From Lysobacterales bacterium (GTDB lineage Bacteria > Pseudomonadota > Gammaproteobacteria > Xanthomonadales > SZUA-5), in the NCBI GenBank assembly GCA_022844165.1, contig JALHMH010000010.1, positions 32,001 through 96,000 on the forward strand: a stretch of 64,000 bases of DNA, written 5' to 3'. Each line of letters begins with the position of its first letter. Within the stretch, counting starts at the first letter, position 1. A program made the translations under genes and the position numbers. Of the stretch, positions 11,199-20,367 are shown one piece after another. Below the pieces are notes generated by a model. It did no database searches. It saw nothing but the letters and a program-made list of their open reading frames with translations, and had not been told where the DNA came from.

Positions 11199-11621
11199 CT
11201 ACGTCGCCGGATTCCCCGCAAGCCACAGTCGCAGTCGATGATCTTGCTCTGCGTTCAGCCGATCTCGATACAGTGGCGCCGACCAGCGGTCGTCGTTCCG
11301 CGACAAAGTCAAGGTTGGGACGCCGAGCAATCGACTCGCTTGCTCCAGTGTCGCTGGCAATGGAGGGTTGTTGCCCTGACGTACCGCCAACAAGCCATCG
11401 GCGTAAAACACGGCGGTCAGCCCAGCGCGGCGCTGGGCACTGCGTTGATACTGTCGACAAATTACAGCGACGGCCGCCACCAGAACAAATTGGTAACCGA
11501 ACCAAAGGTCCGAGGCGGCGATGCCGATCAGTGCGAAGACGACGGCAGCCATCGCCCAGCGGCGTTCGTGGCGCCCTGCAGACAGGTCAATTTCGAAGGG
11601 TGCTGCCAATGCGTTCGACAA
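11199..11621 (-). CDS. small membrane protein, YgfX-like by context
   Basis: Two N-terminal TM segments and a C-terminal RLRLWL; directly downstream of and overlapping sdhE as in the sdhE-ygfX arrangement; TTG start uncertain. Confidence 0.55.
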   Translation of the reverse strand: MSNALAAPFEIDLSAGRHERRWAMAAVVFALIGIAASDLWFGYQFVLVAAVAVICRQYQRSAQRRAGLTAVFYADGLLAVRQGNNPPLPATLEQASRLLGVPTLTLSRNDDRWSAPLYRDRLNAEQDHRLRLWLAGNPAT

Positions 11622-11832
11622 GGGCCTTGAACTCCATGGCAGGCGCCTCATGGCCCATGAACCATCGCCACAGCGCATCGTCTTCCACGCCGAGCAGCGC
11701 GGTAAACTCCGTGCGCGCGTCAGCATTCATGCCTGGCCACTCGCGATCAAGAAAGGTCGATAACAGCACATCGAGTTCACGCATCCCGCGGCGACACCGC
11801 CAGCGCAGGCGTTTGAGTTCGTCTTCGTTCAT
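11587..11832 (-). CDS. sdhE: succinate dehydrogenase flavinylation factor
   Basis: RLRWRCRRGMRELD signature. Confidence 0.95.
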   Translation of the reverse strand: MNEDELKRLRWRCRRGMRELDVLLSTFLDREWPGMNADARTEFTALLGVEDDALWRWFMGHEAPAMEFKALVERIGSTLRN

Positions 11833-12290
11833 GGCAGATCGTTGACAGTGAGTTTGTCGCCAAGCTGCACGCCAATCCGCTCAGCAACGCCGCCATTCAA
11901 CTCGAGCACGTACTGCGACGGTTTGCCGCTGGGATAGGAAGGGCATTGGGTGAACTGGGAGGACTGTGTGCAGGTGGGTGTGTTCAAACTCCAGCCAACC
12001 AGTGTCCAGTTCTTGTCGAAGTACAGGATGTCGAGCGGGATCTTGGTATTCATCATCCAAAATGCCTGCGGTTCTTCCCGGTCGAACAAAAACAGCATGC
12101 CCCGGTCTTGGGGCATATGGTCGCGAAACATCAATCCGCGCGCTTGTTCTTTGGGGTCGTCGGCAATCTCGACGGTAAATGTCTGCCCGCGTAGCTCAAC
12201 AGTCGGCTCGCCGGCCGCACAACTGGTCAGGCAAAGCAGAAGCCATGGGGCAAGTTTTCGGGCTTGCATCGGTGCATTCTTGTCAGGCAT
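11829..12290 (-). CDS. DUF192 domain protein, probable lipoprotein
   Basis: VEIAD...ARGLMFR, GMLF, FWMMNT.IPLDILY and YVLELNGG motifs; LTSC lipobox-like signal. Confidence 0.9.
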   Translation of the reverse strand: MPDKNAPMQARKLAPWLLLCLTSCAAGEPTVELRGQTFTVEIADDPKEQARGLMFRDHMPQDRGMLFLFDREEPQAFWMMNTKIPLDILYFDKNWTLVGWSLNTPTCTQSSQFTQCPSYPSGKPSQYVLELNGGVAERIGVQLGDKLTVNDLP

Positions 12291-12402
12291 AGCTACCCTT
12301 CTTGTCAAAGAAACTCAGGTGTTGTCGGGTGGCCCGGCTAAACAGGCATAGCGCCACCCGAGCGAACGCCACAATGGACCACTCGATTAACCGGAATGTT
12401 AC

Positions 12403-13542
12403 ATGGCGCGCTCGCGAAATCTTAAGTACTCAGGCTGGATCAGTTTTCTGACCGATTTTTCGAGCAACATGATATTTCCGCTGCTGCCGCTGCACTTGAC
12501 GCGGGTGTTGGGTGCGACGCCGCTGCTCGTCGGATTGATCGAAGGGGCTGCCGAAACAGTGGCGGCGGCATTGAAGCTGTATTCGGGTCGCTGGTCCGAT
12601 CGGATTGCTCGCCGCAAACCGATGGTCGTGCTCGGGTATGCCCTTTCGAGTTTGTCGAAACTGCTGTTCTTGCCTGCAGTGTCCTGGCTGCTGGTGCTGG
12701 GCGCTCGAGTCATCGAACGCATTGGCAAAGGCATTCGCTCCGCGCCTCGCGACGCATTGATCGCCGATGAGGTGCCCGCCGAGCATCGAGGCGCCGCCTT
12801 CGGCTGGCAACGCGCGATGGATGGCGCCGGTGGATGTTTGGGGGCACTCGCGGCGCTGGCATTAATCGGAACACTCAGTTATCGAGATATCTTCGCTCTG
12901 GCTCTAATCCCGGCCGTTCTGGCGGTGTTGCTGACCTTCGGTCTCCGCGAGTCCGCGCCTTCGGTAAGAAGCGCTGCGCCGACGCCAGCTGCGCCGTTGC
13001 CCGTCGAAGTCCGGCGTATGGTCATGGCCTGCGGCGTATTTGCTTTCGGCCATCTTAGTTTCGCGTTCCTGATTCTTGCCGGTGGCGACAGCGGCCTGTC
13101 CGATCAACGCTTGTTGCTTGGATACGCGTTGTACCAACTGATCTACACATTGTTGAGCCCGATCGCAGGACGCTGGTCGGACAAAGTCGGGCGTCGCTTT
13201 GTGCTGCTCACCGGCTACGCCCTTTTCGCCGCGTCGATGACGGGTCTGGCCTTCGCCAGCGGCGGCGCGCTATTTGTGGTGTTCATGTTGTATGGCATTG
13301 CCGAAGCCTGCATTGATGCGACCCAGCGCGCCTGGATCACCGACCGCGTCGCACGCGAGCAGCGCGCAACGGCGCTGGGCGCTTACCACGGCGCCATCGC
13401 GCTCGCCGCACTGCCCGGCGGTATTGCGCTTGGTCTGGCCTGGACGACACTCGGGGTGCCTGCCACAGCGATCCTGACACTCATTGGCACGGCGATCGCG
13501 GCCTTGAGTCTGGTCGCAGCGACTCGGGTTTCGAGGCATTGA
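12403..13542 (+). CDS. MFS transporter
   Basis: GRWSDRIARRK and GRWSDKVGRR motif A, RIGKGIRSAPRDALIA; about 12 TM segments. Confidence 0.92.
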   Translation: MARSRNLKYSGWISFLTDFSSNMIFPLLPLHLTRVLGATPLLVGLIEGAAETVAAALKLYSGRWSDRIARRKPMVVLGYALSSLSKLLFLPAVSWLLVLGARVIERIGKGIRSAPRDALIADEVPAEHRGAAFGWQRAMDGAGGCLGALAALALIGTLSYRDIFALALIPAVLAVLLTFGLRESAPSVRSAAPTPAAPLPVEVRRMVMACGVFAFGHLSFAFLILAGGDSGLSDQRLLLGYALYQLIYTLLSPIAGRWSDKVGRRFVLLTGYALFAASMTGLAFASGGALFVVFMLYGIAEACIDATQRAWITDRVAREQRATALGAYHGAIALAALPGGIALGLAWTTLGVPATAILTLIGTAIAALSLVAATRVSRH

Positions 13543-13691
13543 TCGTCGCGCCGAAACGCCTTCGGGGCAGGGTTATCCGGAATCTCCTCTTCAGAGATCG
13601 ACGAAAGTCGTTGCTTCTTGCTCTTACATTGGGCCGGTCGACCGAAACATATCTGACGTCACTTCTATAGGTACTGATGACACAGTCTCAG

Positions 13692-13862
13692 GAACGCGCA
13701 TGACGCTATGCTCCGTCGCTTACTCTACGATCGAATGCGCCTCATGCGAAATCAACTCTCTTATGCTGTGATGCTTGAACGCGCATGACGCTATGCTCCG
13801 TCGCTTACTCTACGATCGAATGCGCCTCATGCGAAATCAACTCTCTTACGCTGTGATGCTTG
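13692..13862 (+). repeat. 85-bp direct tandem duplication (2 copies, 1 mismatch)
   Basis: GAACGCGCATGACG...GCTGTGATGCTT starts at 13692 and again at 13777; only difference is TTATGCT vs TTACGCT. Confidence 0.97.
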
Positions 13863-16030
13863 TACTGTTGGCCGGGTGCGAACAGGCGCCGCCGCCGCAG
13901 ACTGCGCCTGAAGTAGCGCCGATGGTACAAGTTGCGGCTGCGCTGCCACCCAGCACCGCAGCTGTTCTGCCAGCGCCGGAGATTCAGCCACCGGTGGCGA
14001 AACGCGTCGACCATGTCGTCAAAGCGGCAGCCGGTGAACGGATCGATCCTTACCACTGGTTGCGCGACGATACGCGCAGCAAACCTGAGGTGCTCGATCA
14101 TTTGCGCGCCGAGAACGCCTATTTTGAGGCGCGGTTTGCGCCTTTGTTGCCACTGAAGGACAAACTGTTTGAGGAGATGCGTGCACGCATCAAAGAAGAC
14201 GATTCGTCGGTACCCGAGTTCCAGGATGGTTATTGGTACTACACGCGATTTCAGACCGGTCAGCAGTACCCGATTTTTGCGCGCCGCAAAGGCAGCATGG
14301 ATGCCTCGGAAGAGATCACGTTGGATGGCAATCAGCGCGCCGAGGGCCACAGTTTTTACCAAACTGCCAACGTCGTCTTCAGTGAAGATGGCCAGCTGAT
14401 GGCAGTGGCGGAAGATACGGTCGGGCGTCGTGAATATACGGTGCGTTTCAAGAACCTGGCCAGCGGCGAATGGCTGCCGGATGTGGTCGAAGACGTTGAA
14501 GCATCGATCGTATTCGCCGACGATCCGAACGTGGTGTACCTGGTCGAAAAAGACAAGACCACACTCTTGCCGTTCCGCATCAAAAGGCACACGCTGGGAA
14601 CGCCATACAGCGGCGCGGAAACGGTGTACGAAGAAAAAGACAACACCTTTTACACGACCATCTTCCGCACCAAGAACGATCGCTACCTGGCCATCTACTC
14701 GGGCTCCACATTGACCACTGAAATGCGTTTGGGTCTGGCGTCCGATCCGCGCGCAAATTTTCAAGTTTATTTGCCGCGCGAGCGCGGGCACGAATATCAG
14801 GTCGATGATGCTGGCGAGCGTTTTGTCATTCGCAGCAATCGGGGCGGCAAGAACTTCGAAGTGCTGACCGCTCCGCCCGTGGTGCCGGGCGATCCGGCAG
14901 CATTCCAGCCGTTGCTTCCGCATCGTGAGGATGCTCTGGTTCAAGGCGTGGAGATCTTCGCCGATCGTATCGCCGTGAATGAGCGTTCCGGTGGCTTGCG
15001 CAAAATCCGTATCGTGCCGTTCTCAGGCGGCGCGGGTGAAATGCTGTCGGCTGATGAGCCGGCCTACGTCATGAGCCCAATCGACACGGCGCATTTGGAT
15101 AGCGGCAAACTGCGCTATAGCTATACGTCACTGACCACCCCGCCGACCATTTACGAACTGGACTTCAAGAGCGGTGAGCGCACGTTGCTCAAGCGCGAAC
15201 CGGTGCTTGGCGATTTTGACCCGGCCAACTATGTCACCGAGTACCTGTTCGCCGCCGCGCGCGATGGCGCCAAAGTGCCGGTTTGGCTGGTGTATCACAA
15301 AAACACGCTCCGCGATGGCAGCGCACCGCTGTTGCAGTACGCTTATGGCTCATACGGCTTGAGTCAGGATCCGTCGTTCCGCTCCTCGGTGTTGAGCTTG
15401 TTGGATCGTGGTTTTGTGTATGCGATTGCGGCGATCCGCGGTGGCCAGGAGATGGGCCGGCAATGGTACGAAGACGGCAAACTGCTGAAGAAGAAAAACA
15501 CGTTTAACGACTTTGTCGATGTCACCGACTTTCTGGTGGCGGAGCGATACGCAGCCAAAGACAAGGTGTTCGCCATGGGTGGTAGTGCCGGCGGGTTGTT
15601 GATGGGCGCTGTGATCAATCAGGCGCCCGATCGCTACCGTGGGATCGTGGCGCACGTACCTTTTGTCGATGTGATCTCGACGATGCTGGACACGTCACTA
15701 CCGCTGACCACAGGTGAGTTCGACGAGTGGGGCAATCCCACGGACAAGGTCTACCACGATTACATGCTGTCGTATTCGCCGTACGATCAGGTCAAAGCGC
15801 AGGCCTATCCGGCGATGCTGGTCACAACGGGTTTGCATGACAGTCAGGTTCAGTACTTTGAGCCCGCCAAGTGGGTGGCGCGGTTGCGTGAATTAAAGAC
15901 GGACGACAATCCATTGATGTTCAAGGTCAATATGGAAGCAGGTCACGGTGGTCGATCCGGACGCTTTAACCGTCTGGAAGAGACGGCAGAGGATTACGCG
16001 TTTATGCTGGGGTTGCTTGGACAGCGCTGA
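13820..16030 (+). CDS. ptrB: oligopeptidase B (peptidase S9A) with lipoprotein signal
   Basis: DPYHWLRD, YAYGSYG, RGGQEMGRQWY, GGSAGG catalytic Ser, DSQV, AGHGG; LLAGC lipobox; start at 13820 or 13829. Confidence 0.93.
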   Translation: MRLMRNQLSYAVMLVLLAGCEQAPPPQTAPEVAPMVQVAAALPPSTAAVLPAPEIQPPVAKRVDHVVKAAAGERIDPYHWLRDDTRSKPEVLDHLRAENAYFEARFAPLLPLKDKLFEEMRARIKEDDSSVPEFQDGYWYYTRFQTGQQYPIFARRKGSMDASEEITLDGNQRAEGHSFYQTANVVFSEDGQLMAVAEDTVGRREYTVRFKNLASGEWLPDVVEDVEASIVFADDPNVVYLVEKDKTTLLPFRIKRHTLGTPYSGAETVYEEKDNTFYTTIFRTKNDRYLAIYSGSTLTTEMRLGLASDPRANFQVYLPRERGHEYQVDDAGERFVIRSNRGGKNFEVLTAPPVVPGDPAAFQPLLPHREDALVQGVEIFADRIAVNERSGGLRKIRIVPFSGGAGEMLSADEPAYVMSPIDTAHLDSGKLRYSYTSLTTPPTIYELDFKSGERTLLKREPVLGDFDPANYVTEYLFAAARDGAKVPVWLVYHKNTLRDGSAPLLQYAYGSYGLSQDPSFRSSVLSLLDRGFVYAIAAIRGGQEMGRQWYEDGKLLKKKNTFNDFVDVTDFLVAERYAAKDKVFAMGGSAGGLLMGAVINQAPDRYRGIVAHVPFVDVISTMLDTSLPLTTGEFDEWGNPTDKVYHDYMLSYSPYDQVKAQAYPAMLVTTGLHDSQVQYFEPAKWVARLRELKTDDNPLMFKVNMEAGHGGRSGRFNRLEETAEDYAFMLGLLGQR

Positions 16031-16083
16031 GCGCGAGACCTGAGCCCACCCTGGAGTCATCGAAGTGTTGCGAGAATGCTCCA

Positions 16084-17004
16084 ATGTCTGGTGAGGCCTG
16101 GTGGGTGGATACCGATCCCGGCGTAGACGACGCATGGGCCATTCTGATGCTTCGCGCCGCCGCCGTTCCGATTGCGGGGATATCCGTGGTCGGCGGCAAC
16201 GTGGGTCTGCCGTTGACTGGCCGCAACGCGCGATTGGTGGCCGACTGGTTCAGCGATCCGCCGGCGGTTTTTGCTGGCGCGGCAGTGCCAATGATTGGTG
16301 GTCTGCCAGATGCAGCTTTTGTGCACGGTGGAGACGGCTTGGGGGATGCTCAGCTGGCGCCGCCACGAAGCCAGCTGCAGACGCAGCACGCCGCTCTGGC
16401 ATTGATCGCCGCCTCACATCGACAACCCCTGAACCTGTTGGCGCTCGGCCCCTTGACCAATGTCGCCCTGGCGCTGTTGCTCGATCCGACCCTGCCGGAA
16501 CGTTGCCGACGTTTCGTGGTGATGGGTGGCGCGGTCGATGGCTGCGGGAACACAGCCGTTCCCAGCGCTGAGTTCAATATCGGCTTCGATCCGGAGGCTG
16601 CGGCGATCGTGTTTTCGCGCTGGTCCGGGATCGAGTTGGTCGATTGGTCGCTGACGCTGCGGGTCGCGCCTGGCGTCGCGGCGGTACTCGATTGGCTGGC
16701 CATGGCGACACCCCTGGCGCGCTGGATGCGCGCCGTGACGCACAAGACGGAGGCTTTTGTACGCGATCGCGAGGCGGGCCACTGGGCCTGGGCCGACCCG
16801 CTCGCGGCATACGTCGCACTCTGCCCGGACGACGTCGAGTACGATCGGTTCCGTATCCGAATCGAGTGCGGTCAAGGCGCGGCACGTGGGCAAACGGTCG
16901 TCGATCGTGTTGGTCTCTCTGGCTGGCGCGACCCGATCGTTGCAATCGCTGCCGCGGTCGATCGCGAGCAATTTCATGAACGAATGCGCGGCAGCCTGCT
17001 TTGA
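16084..17004 (+). CDS. inosine/uridine-preferring nucleoside hydrolase
   Basis: DTDPGVDD, HGGDGLGD, LGPLTNVA, MGGA and AEFNI.FDPEAA motifs. Confidence 0.92.
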   Translation: MSGEAWWVDTDPGVDDAWAILMLRAAAVPIAGISVVGGNVGLPLTGRNARLVADWFSDPPAVFAGAAVPMIGGLPDAAFVHGGDGLGDAQLAPPRSQLQTQHAALALIAASHRQPLNLLALGPLTNVALALLLDPTLPERCRRFVVMGGAVDGCGNTAVPSAEFNIGFDPEAAAIVFSRWSGIELVDWSLTLRVAPGVAAVLDWLAMATPLARWMRAVTHKTEAFVRDREAGHWAWADPLAAYVALCPDDVEYDRFRIRIECGQGAARGQTVVDRVGLSGWRDPIVAIAAAVDREQFHERMRGSLL

Positions 17005-17030
17005 ACGATCCACGCGAGTCGTGCTATAAA
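17001..17030 (+). promoter_or_regulatory. putative sigma70 promoter of rpmE2
   Basis: TTGAAC-N18-TATAAA with an extended -10 TG; AGGAG RBS downstream. Confidence 0.5.
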
Positions 17031-17071
17031 GCGCGGCTCTTTGGTTTACCGTTACCCGTCAGGAGAGGCTC

Positions 17072-17317
17072 ATGAAGGCCGATATCCATCCGCAGTACAA
17101 AGAAGTCGTGTTCCAGGATGTGACCACGGACTTCGCTTTTCTTACGCGTTCCACGAAAAAGTCGAAAGAGACGATCAAGTGGACCGATGGCAACGAATAT
17201 CCGCTGATCAAGATCGACGTGTCGAGCAAGTCGCACCCGTTCTACACCGGCAAGCACAAGGCCGCAGATGTGGGTGGTCGTGTCGATAAGTTCCGTAAGC
17301 GTTACGGTCAGAAGTAA
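17072..17317 (+). CDS. rpmE2: 50S ribosomal protein L31, type B
   Basis: [28 protein letters not shown]; no CxxC zinc ligands. Confidence 0.96.
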   Translation: MKADIHPQYKEVVFQDVTTDFAFLTRSTKKSKETIKWTDGNEYPLIKIDVSSKSHPFYTGKHKAADVGGRVDKFRKRYGQK

Positions 17318-17330
17318 GCGCGTCAAAGCA

Positions 17331-17361
17331 ATGCTGCGCTGGACCCTGTCTGGCGCAGCAT
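17331..17361. terminator. stem-loop between convergent rpmE2 and sensor kinase genes
   Basis: ATGCTGCGCTGGA-ccctg-TCTGGCGCAGCAT forms a 13-bp stem with two G-U pairs; weak U tract. Confidence 0.5.
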
Positions 17362-17408
17362 GTCGTTTCGCGCGACCGCGCCGAGGTTTCGCCGGCCGGG
17401 ACGGCGGT

Positions 17409-18791
17409 TTACATCAGCGGCGGTAGTCGCACCTCGAATGATGCGCCGCCCAGCGACTCCGAGCGGGCGACAATCATCTCGCCGTCGTAGCTCGCGACGA
17501 TATCGCCGATGATCGACAAGCCAATGCCATGCCCTTGTACGCGCTCGTCGCCGCGCACGCCGCGCTTGAGGACTTCGTCGATCTGCTCGTCTGGAATGCC
17601 CGGACCATCGTCTTCGACGCGTAGATACAATCCCGGGCGCCGAGCTTTTGGGTTCCTGATCGGTTGTGCCGTAAGCAGCACGCGCGATTTGCACCACTTG
17701 AAGGCGTTGTCCATCAAGTTGCCAACCAACTCCATCAGATCGCCTTTGTCGCCATGAAACATGGCTTTGGGGTCGATCTCGAATTCTGCCAGTGCTTGTT
17801 TGTTGGCGTAGACACGCTCCAAAGTCAGGGCAATCTCTTCGGCGTGCGCCTGAACGGGTAGCGGTGCCGAATAGGTCTGATGGCCAGACTTTGCAGCGCG
17901 CGCGAGCTGGTAGGCCACAATTTCGTCCATTTTGGTGACTTGCTCGGTACCCGCATTCTTCAGCGTGGTTGCGTTGTCTTCGTTCTCGAACAGGCCGCGC
18001 ATCACCGCGAGCGGGGTCTTCAGGCTATGCGCGAGATCGCCCAGCGTATTGCGATAACGCCGCAGATGCTCGCGCTCGCTCTTGATGAAGTCATTCAAAC
18101 CACTCGTGAGTGTCGCCAGTTCCACCGGATAGTCGCCGGTGAGCGCTTCGGACTCGCCGCCTTGTACTCGCGCCAGGTCGCGAGCCACAGCGCGAAATGG
18201 TTTGAGGCTCCAGATGAGCAACAGCGCCTGAAATGCCAGGAGCAGCAGACCCAGTCCGCCCAGAACCACCCACATGGTCTCGCGAAACGCGGCGATTTGA
18301 CGCCTGACGCCACTTTGATTTTCACCCACATTGATGGTGACCCGAACATCTTTGCCGGCCGCGGAGCGTGCTTCGAACAGCACGCCCATACTCAACATGT
18401 AAACGCCGCCCACGTTCGTTTGTACCGGCCCTTTGAACACGATTTCGCCCGGCTTCAGGGCATCTTCAAAGGGCAGCTCACGTTCGGCGGCACTCGGCGA
18501 TTCCCAACGGAAATTCTCTGCATACAGCGACGCATACAAGCCTGACCCAGGTCGATCCAGCCTGGGTTCGGGTACCAGTTCGGGAATCAACACCTCACCG
18601 CGCACGGAAATGTCGGTTCGCGCGAGGAATGAGTACAAAACACTTTGCATGCGTTCGCGAAGCACCGAAAACGCCCAGCCTTCGAATGCACGCTCAAGCG
18701 CATATCCGGTCAGCCCTATAAACGCCGCCAGCACCAGGCTGGCGACGAACATGCTGCGCGCGGCAAGCGAGAAAGGATGCCGCGCTGCCAC
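17409..18791 (-). CDS. phoQ: sensor histidine kinase, PhoQ-like
   Basis: Two TM segments, HAMP, DLAHSLKTPL H-box, GNLMDNAFKW, EDDGPGI, GHGIGL. Confidence 0.85.
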   Translation of the reverse strand: MAARHPFSLAARSMFVASLVLAAFIGLTGYALERAFEGWAFSVLRERMQSVLYSFLARTDISVRGEVLIPELVPEPRLDRPGSGLYASLYAENFRWESPSAAERELPFEDALKPGEIVFKGPVQTNVGGVYMLSMGVLFEARSAAGKDVRVTINVGENQSGVRRQIAAFRETMWVVLGGLGLLLLAFQALLLIWSLKPFRAVARDLARVQGGESEALTGDYPVELATLTSGLNDFIKSEREHLRRYRNTLGDLAHSLKTPLAVMRGLFENEDNATTLKNAGTEQVTKMDEIVAYQLARAAKSGHQTYSAPLPVQAHAEEIALTLERVYANKQALAEFEIDPKAMFHGDKGDLMELVGNLMDNAFKWCKSRVLLTAQPIRNPKARRPGLYLRVEDDGPGIPDEQIDEVLKRGVRGDERVQGHGIGLSIIGDIVASYDGEMIVARSESLGGASFEVRLPPLM

Positions 18792-18801
18792 GTTCGATAC
18801 G

Positions 18802-19482
18802 CTATGCAGTACGTGGGATCGAGAAGCGATAGCCGCGCCCTCGAACCGTCTCGATGGGCTTCAGCGAACCATCGGGATCCAGCTTCTTGCGCAATCGGCC
18901 GATGAACACTTCGATGACATTGCTGTCGCGATCGAAATCCTGCTCGTAAATGTGCTCCGTGAGATCACTCTTGGACACCAGCTCGCCTGCGTGCAGAATC
19001 AAGTATTCGAGTACCTTGTATTCGTAACTGGTCAGATCAACCGACACATCGTTCACTGTCACGGACTGTGCGGTCGTATCGAGCTTCACCGGACCGCACT
19101 CGAGCAGCGGCTTGCTCCAACCGGCGCTGCGTCGAACCAGCGCATTCATGCGCGCCAGCAGCTCTTCGATGTGAAAAGGTTTGACCAGATAATCGTCTGC
19201 GCCGCATTTGAGGCCTTCGACTTTGTCTTCCCAGCTGCCACGCGCCGTCAGAATCAAGATGGGGTAGCGGCGGCCGTACTCGCGCAACTTCTTGACGACT
19301 TCCAGGCCAGGAAGTTTTGGTAAACCAAGATCGACGATAGCGACGTCGAATGGCACTTCTTTGCCCATGTAGACGGCTTCATCGCCATCGCAGGCAGTGT
19401 CGACTGCAAAGCCCTCACGCTGCAGCCGGGCAGCCAGGGTCTCGCGCAACGGGGCTTCGTCTTCGACCAGCAGAACTCGCAT
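18802..19482 (-). CDS. phoP: OmpR-family response regulator, PhoP-like
   Basis: VDLGLP, LTARGSWEDKVEGL, DRDSNVIEVFIGRLRKKL, ETVRGRGYRF. Confidence 0.88.
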   Translation of the reverse strand: MRVLLVEDEAPLRETLAARLQREGFAVDTACDGDEAVYMGKEVPFDVAIVDLGLPKLPGLEVVKKLREYGRRYPILILTARGSWEDKVEGLKCGADDYLVKPFHIEELLARMNALVRRSAGWSKPLLECGPVKLDTTAQSVTVNDVSVDLTSYEYKVLEYLILHAGELVSKSDLTEHIYEQDFDRDSNVIEVFIGRLRKKLDPDGSLKPIETVRGRGYRFSIPRTA

Positions 19483-19492
19483 CGCTCACTCC

Positions 19493-19711
19493 TTACGCCG
19501 GGATTTGAAAAACACGGACACGACCATCGGGCATCAGCACCTTGATGCGGTATACCACCGAGCCGCGCGTGCGGATGGTATCAGCCGAAAGTACCGTGCC
19601 CTTCGTATCCCTTTCGACTTGTTCGATCGCTTCCTTTAACGTCAGTGCGTACGCGGGTACGGCGCAGACCAGGAAAACGGCGAACACGATGGCAGACAGA
19701 TTTTGGGTCAT
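19493..19711 (-). CDS. small secreted PepSY-like protein
   Basis: Signal peptide (AYA), L.EAIEQV...G.VLSA and YRIKVL.PDGRV pattern; upstream of the regulator. Confidence 0.7.
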   Translation of the reverse strand: MTQNLSAIVFAVFLVCAVPAYALTLKEAIEQVERDTKGTVLSADTIRTRGSVVYRIKVLMPDGRVRVFQIPA

Positions 19712-19835
19712 CGATACCTAGGCTCATCAAGACGCGATCATAGTCGCGGCGTGAGCGCATGTTCGCAAGTTGCGCCGCAGCGAAAGCTGAACGAGATGCG
19801 GTAGTGTGGCGATATCACCCGAATCTGCGTGGCCA

Positions 19836-20351
19836 ATGACGACTTTGTTGCAAGCAGTGCCGGCAGATGCGCCGGCTTTATCGGTATTGATGGAAGAGAC
19901 ATTTCGTGCCGCCTATGGACATGTGGCCAGCGAGGACAAGCTGCGGACACACGTCGAGCAACACTACGACGCCAGCAAGGTGGCCCAGCGTCTCCGCGGC
20001 GGTGAGATCGAAATTTGGTTCGTCCCTGGTGCTTGGGCGACGGCGGCTGCCGCGATTGGCTATGTGCAAATCGGGCTCACGGCAACGCCACCACCAGAGG
20101 CTGGAAAGGCCCTTGAGGTGCAGCGTTGCTATCTGCGTCCGGAAGCCATCGGCAGTGGTGCGGGTACGTTGCTGATCGAAAAGGCTAAAGTCCTGGCGCA
20201 GGCTCGAGACGCTGGATTGTACTTGTCCGTTTATCAGCACGCGCCGCGTGCCGTCCGGTTCTATGAGAAACACGCATTTAGACGCGCTGCCGCCATCAAG
20301 TACTACATCGCGGATGTCGAATTCGATGATTGGCTGATGGTCTGGCCCTGA
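19836..20351 (+). CDS. GNAT-family N-acetyltransferase (PaiA-like)
   Basis: ETF..AYG, EVQRCYL, GSGAGTLLI, LSVY...RA.RFYEKHAF. Confidence 0.88.
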   Translation: MTTLLQAVPADAPALSVLMEETFRAAYGHVASEDKLRTHVEQHYDASKVAQRLRGGEIEIWFVPGAWATAAAAIGYVQIGLTATPPPEAGKALEVQRCYLRPEAIGSGAGTLLIEKAKVLAQARDAGLYLSVYQHAPRAVRFYEKHAFRRAAAIKYYIADVEFDDWLMVWP

Positions 20352-20367
20352 TTCTGGCGAAGCTTCG

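Noticed and set aside
13670-13700. Hammerhead ribozyme core (CTGATGA)
   Set aside because: No correctly placed GAAA and no supporting stems
13692-13862. CRISPR array
   Set aside because: Only two adjacent 85-bp units, no spacers and no cas genes
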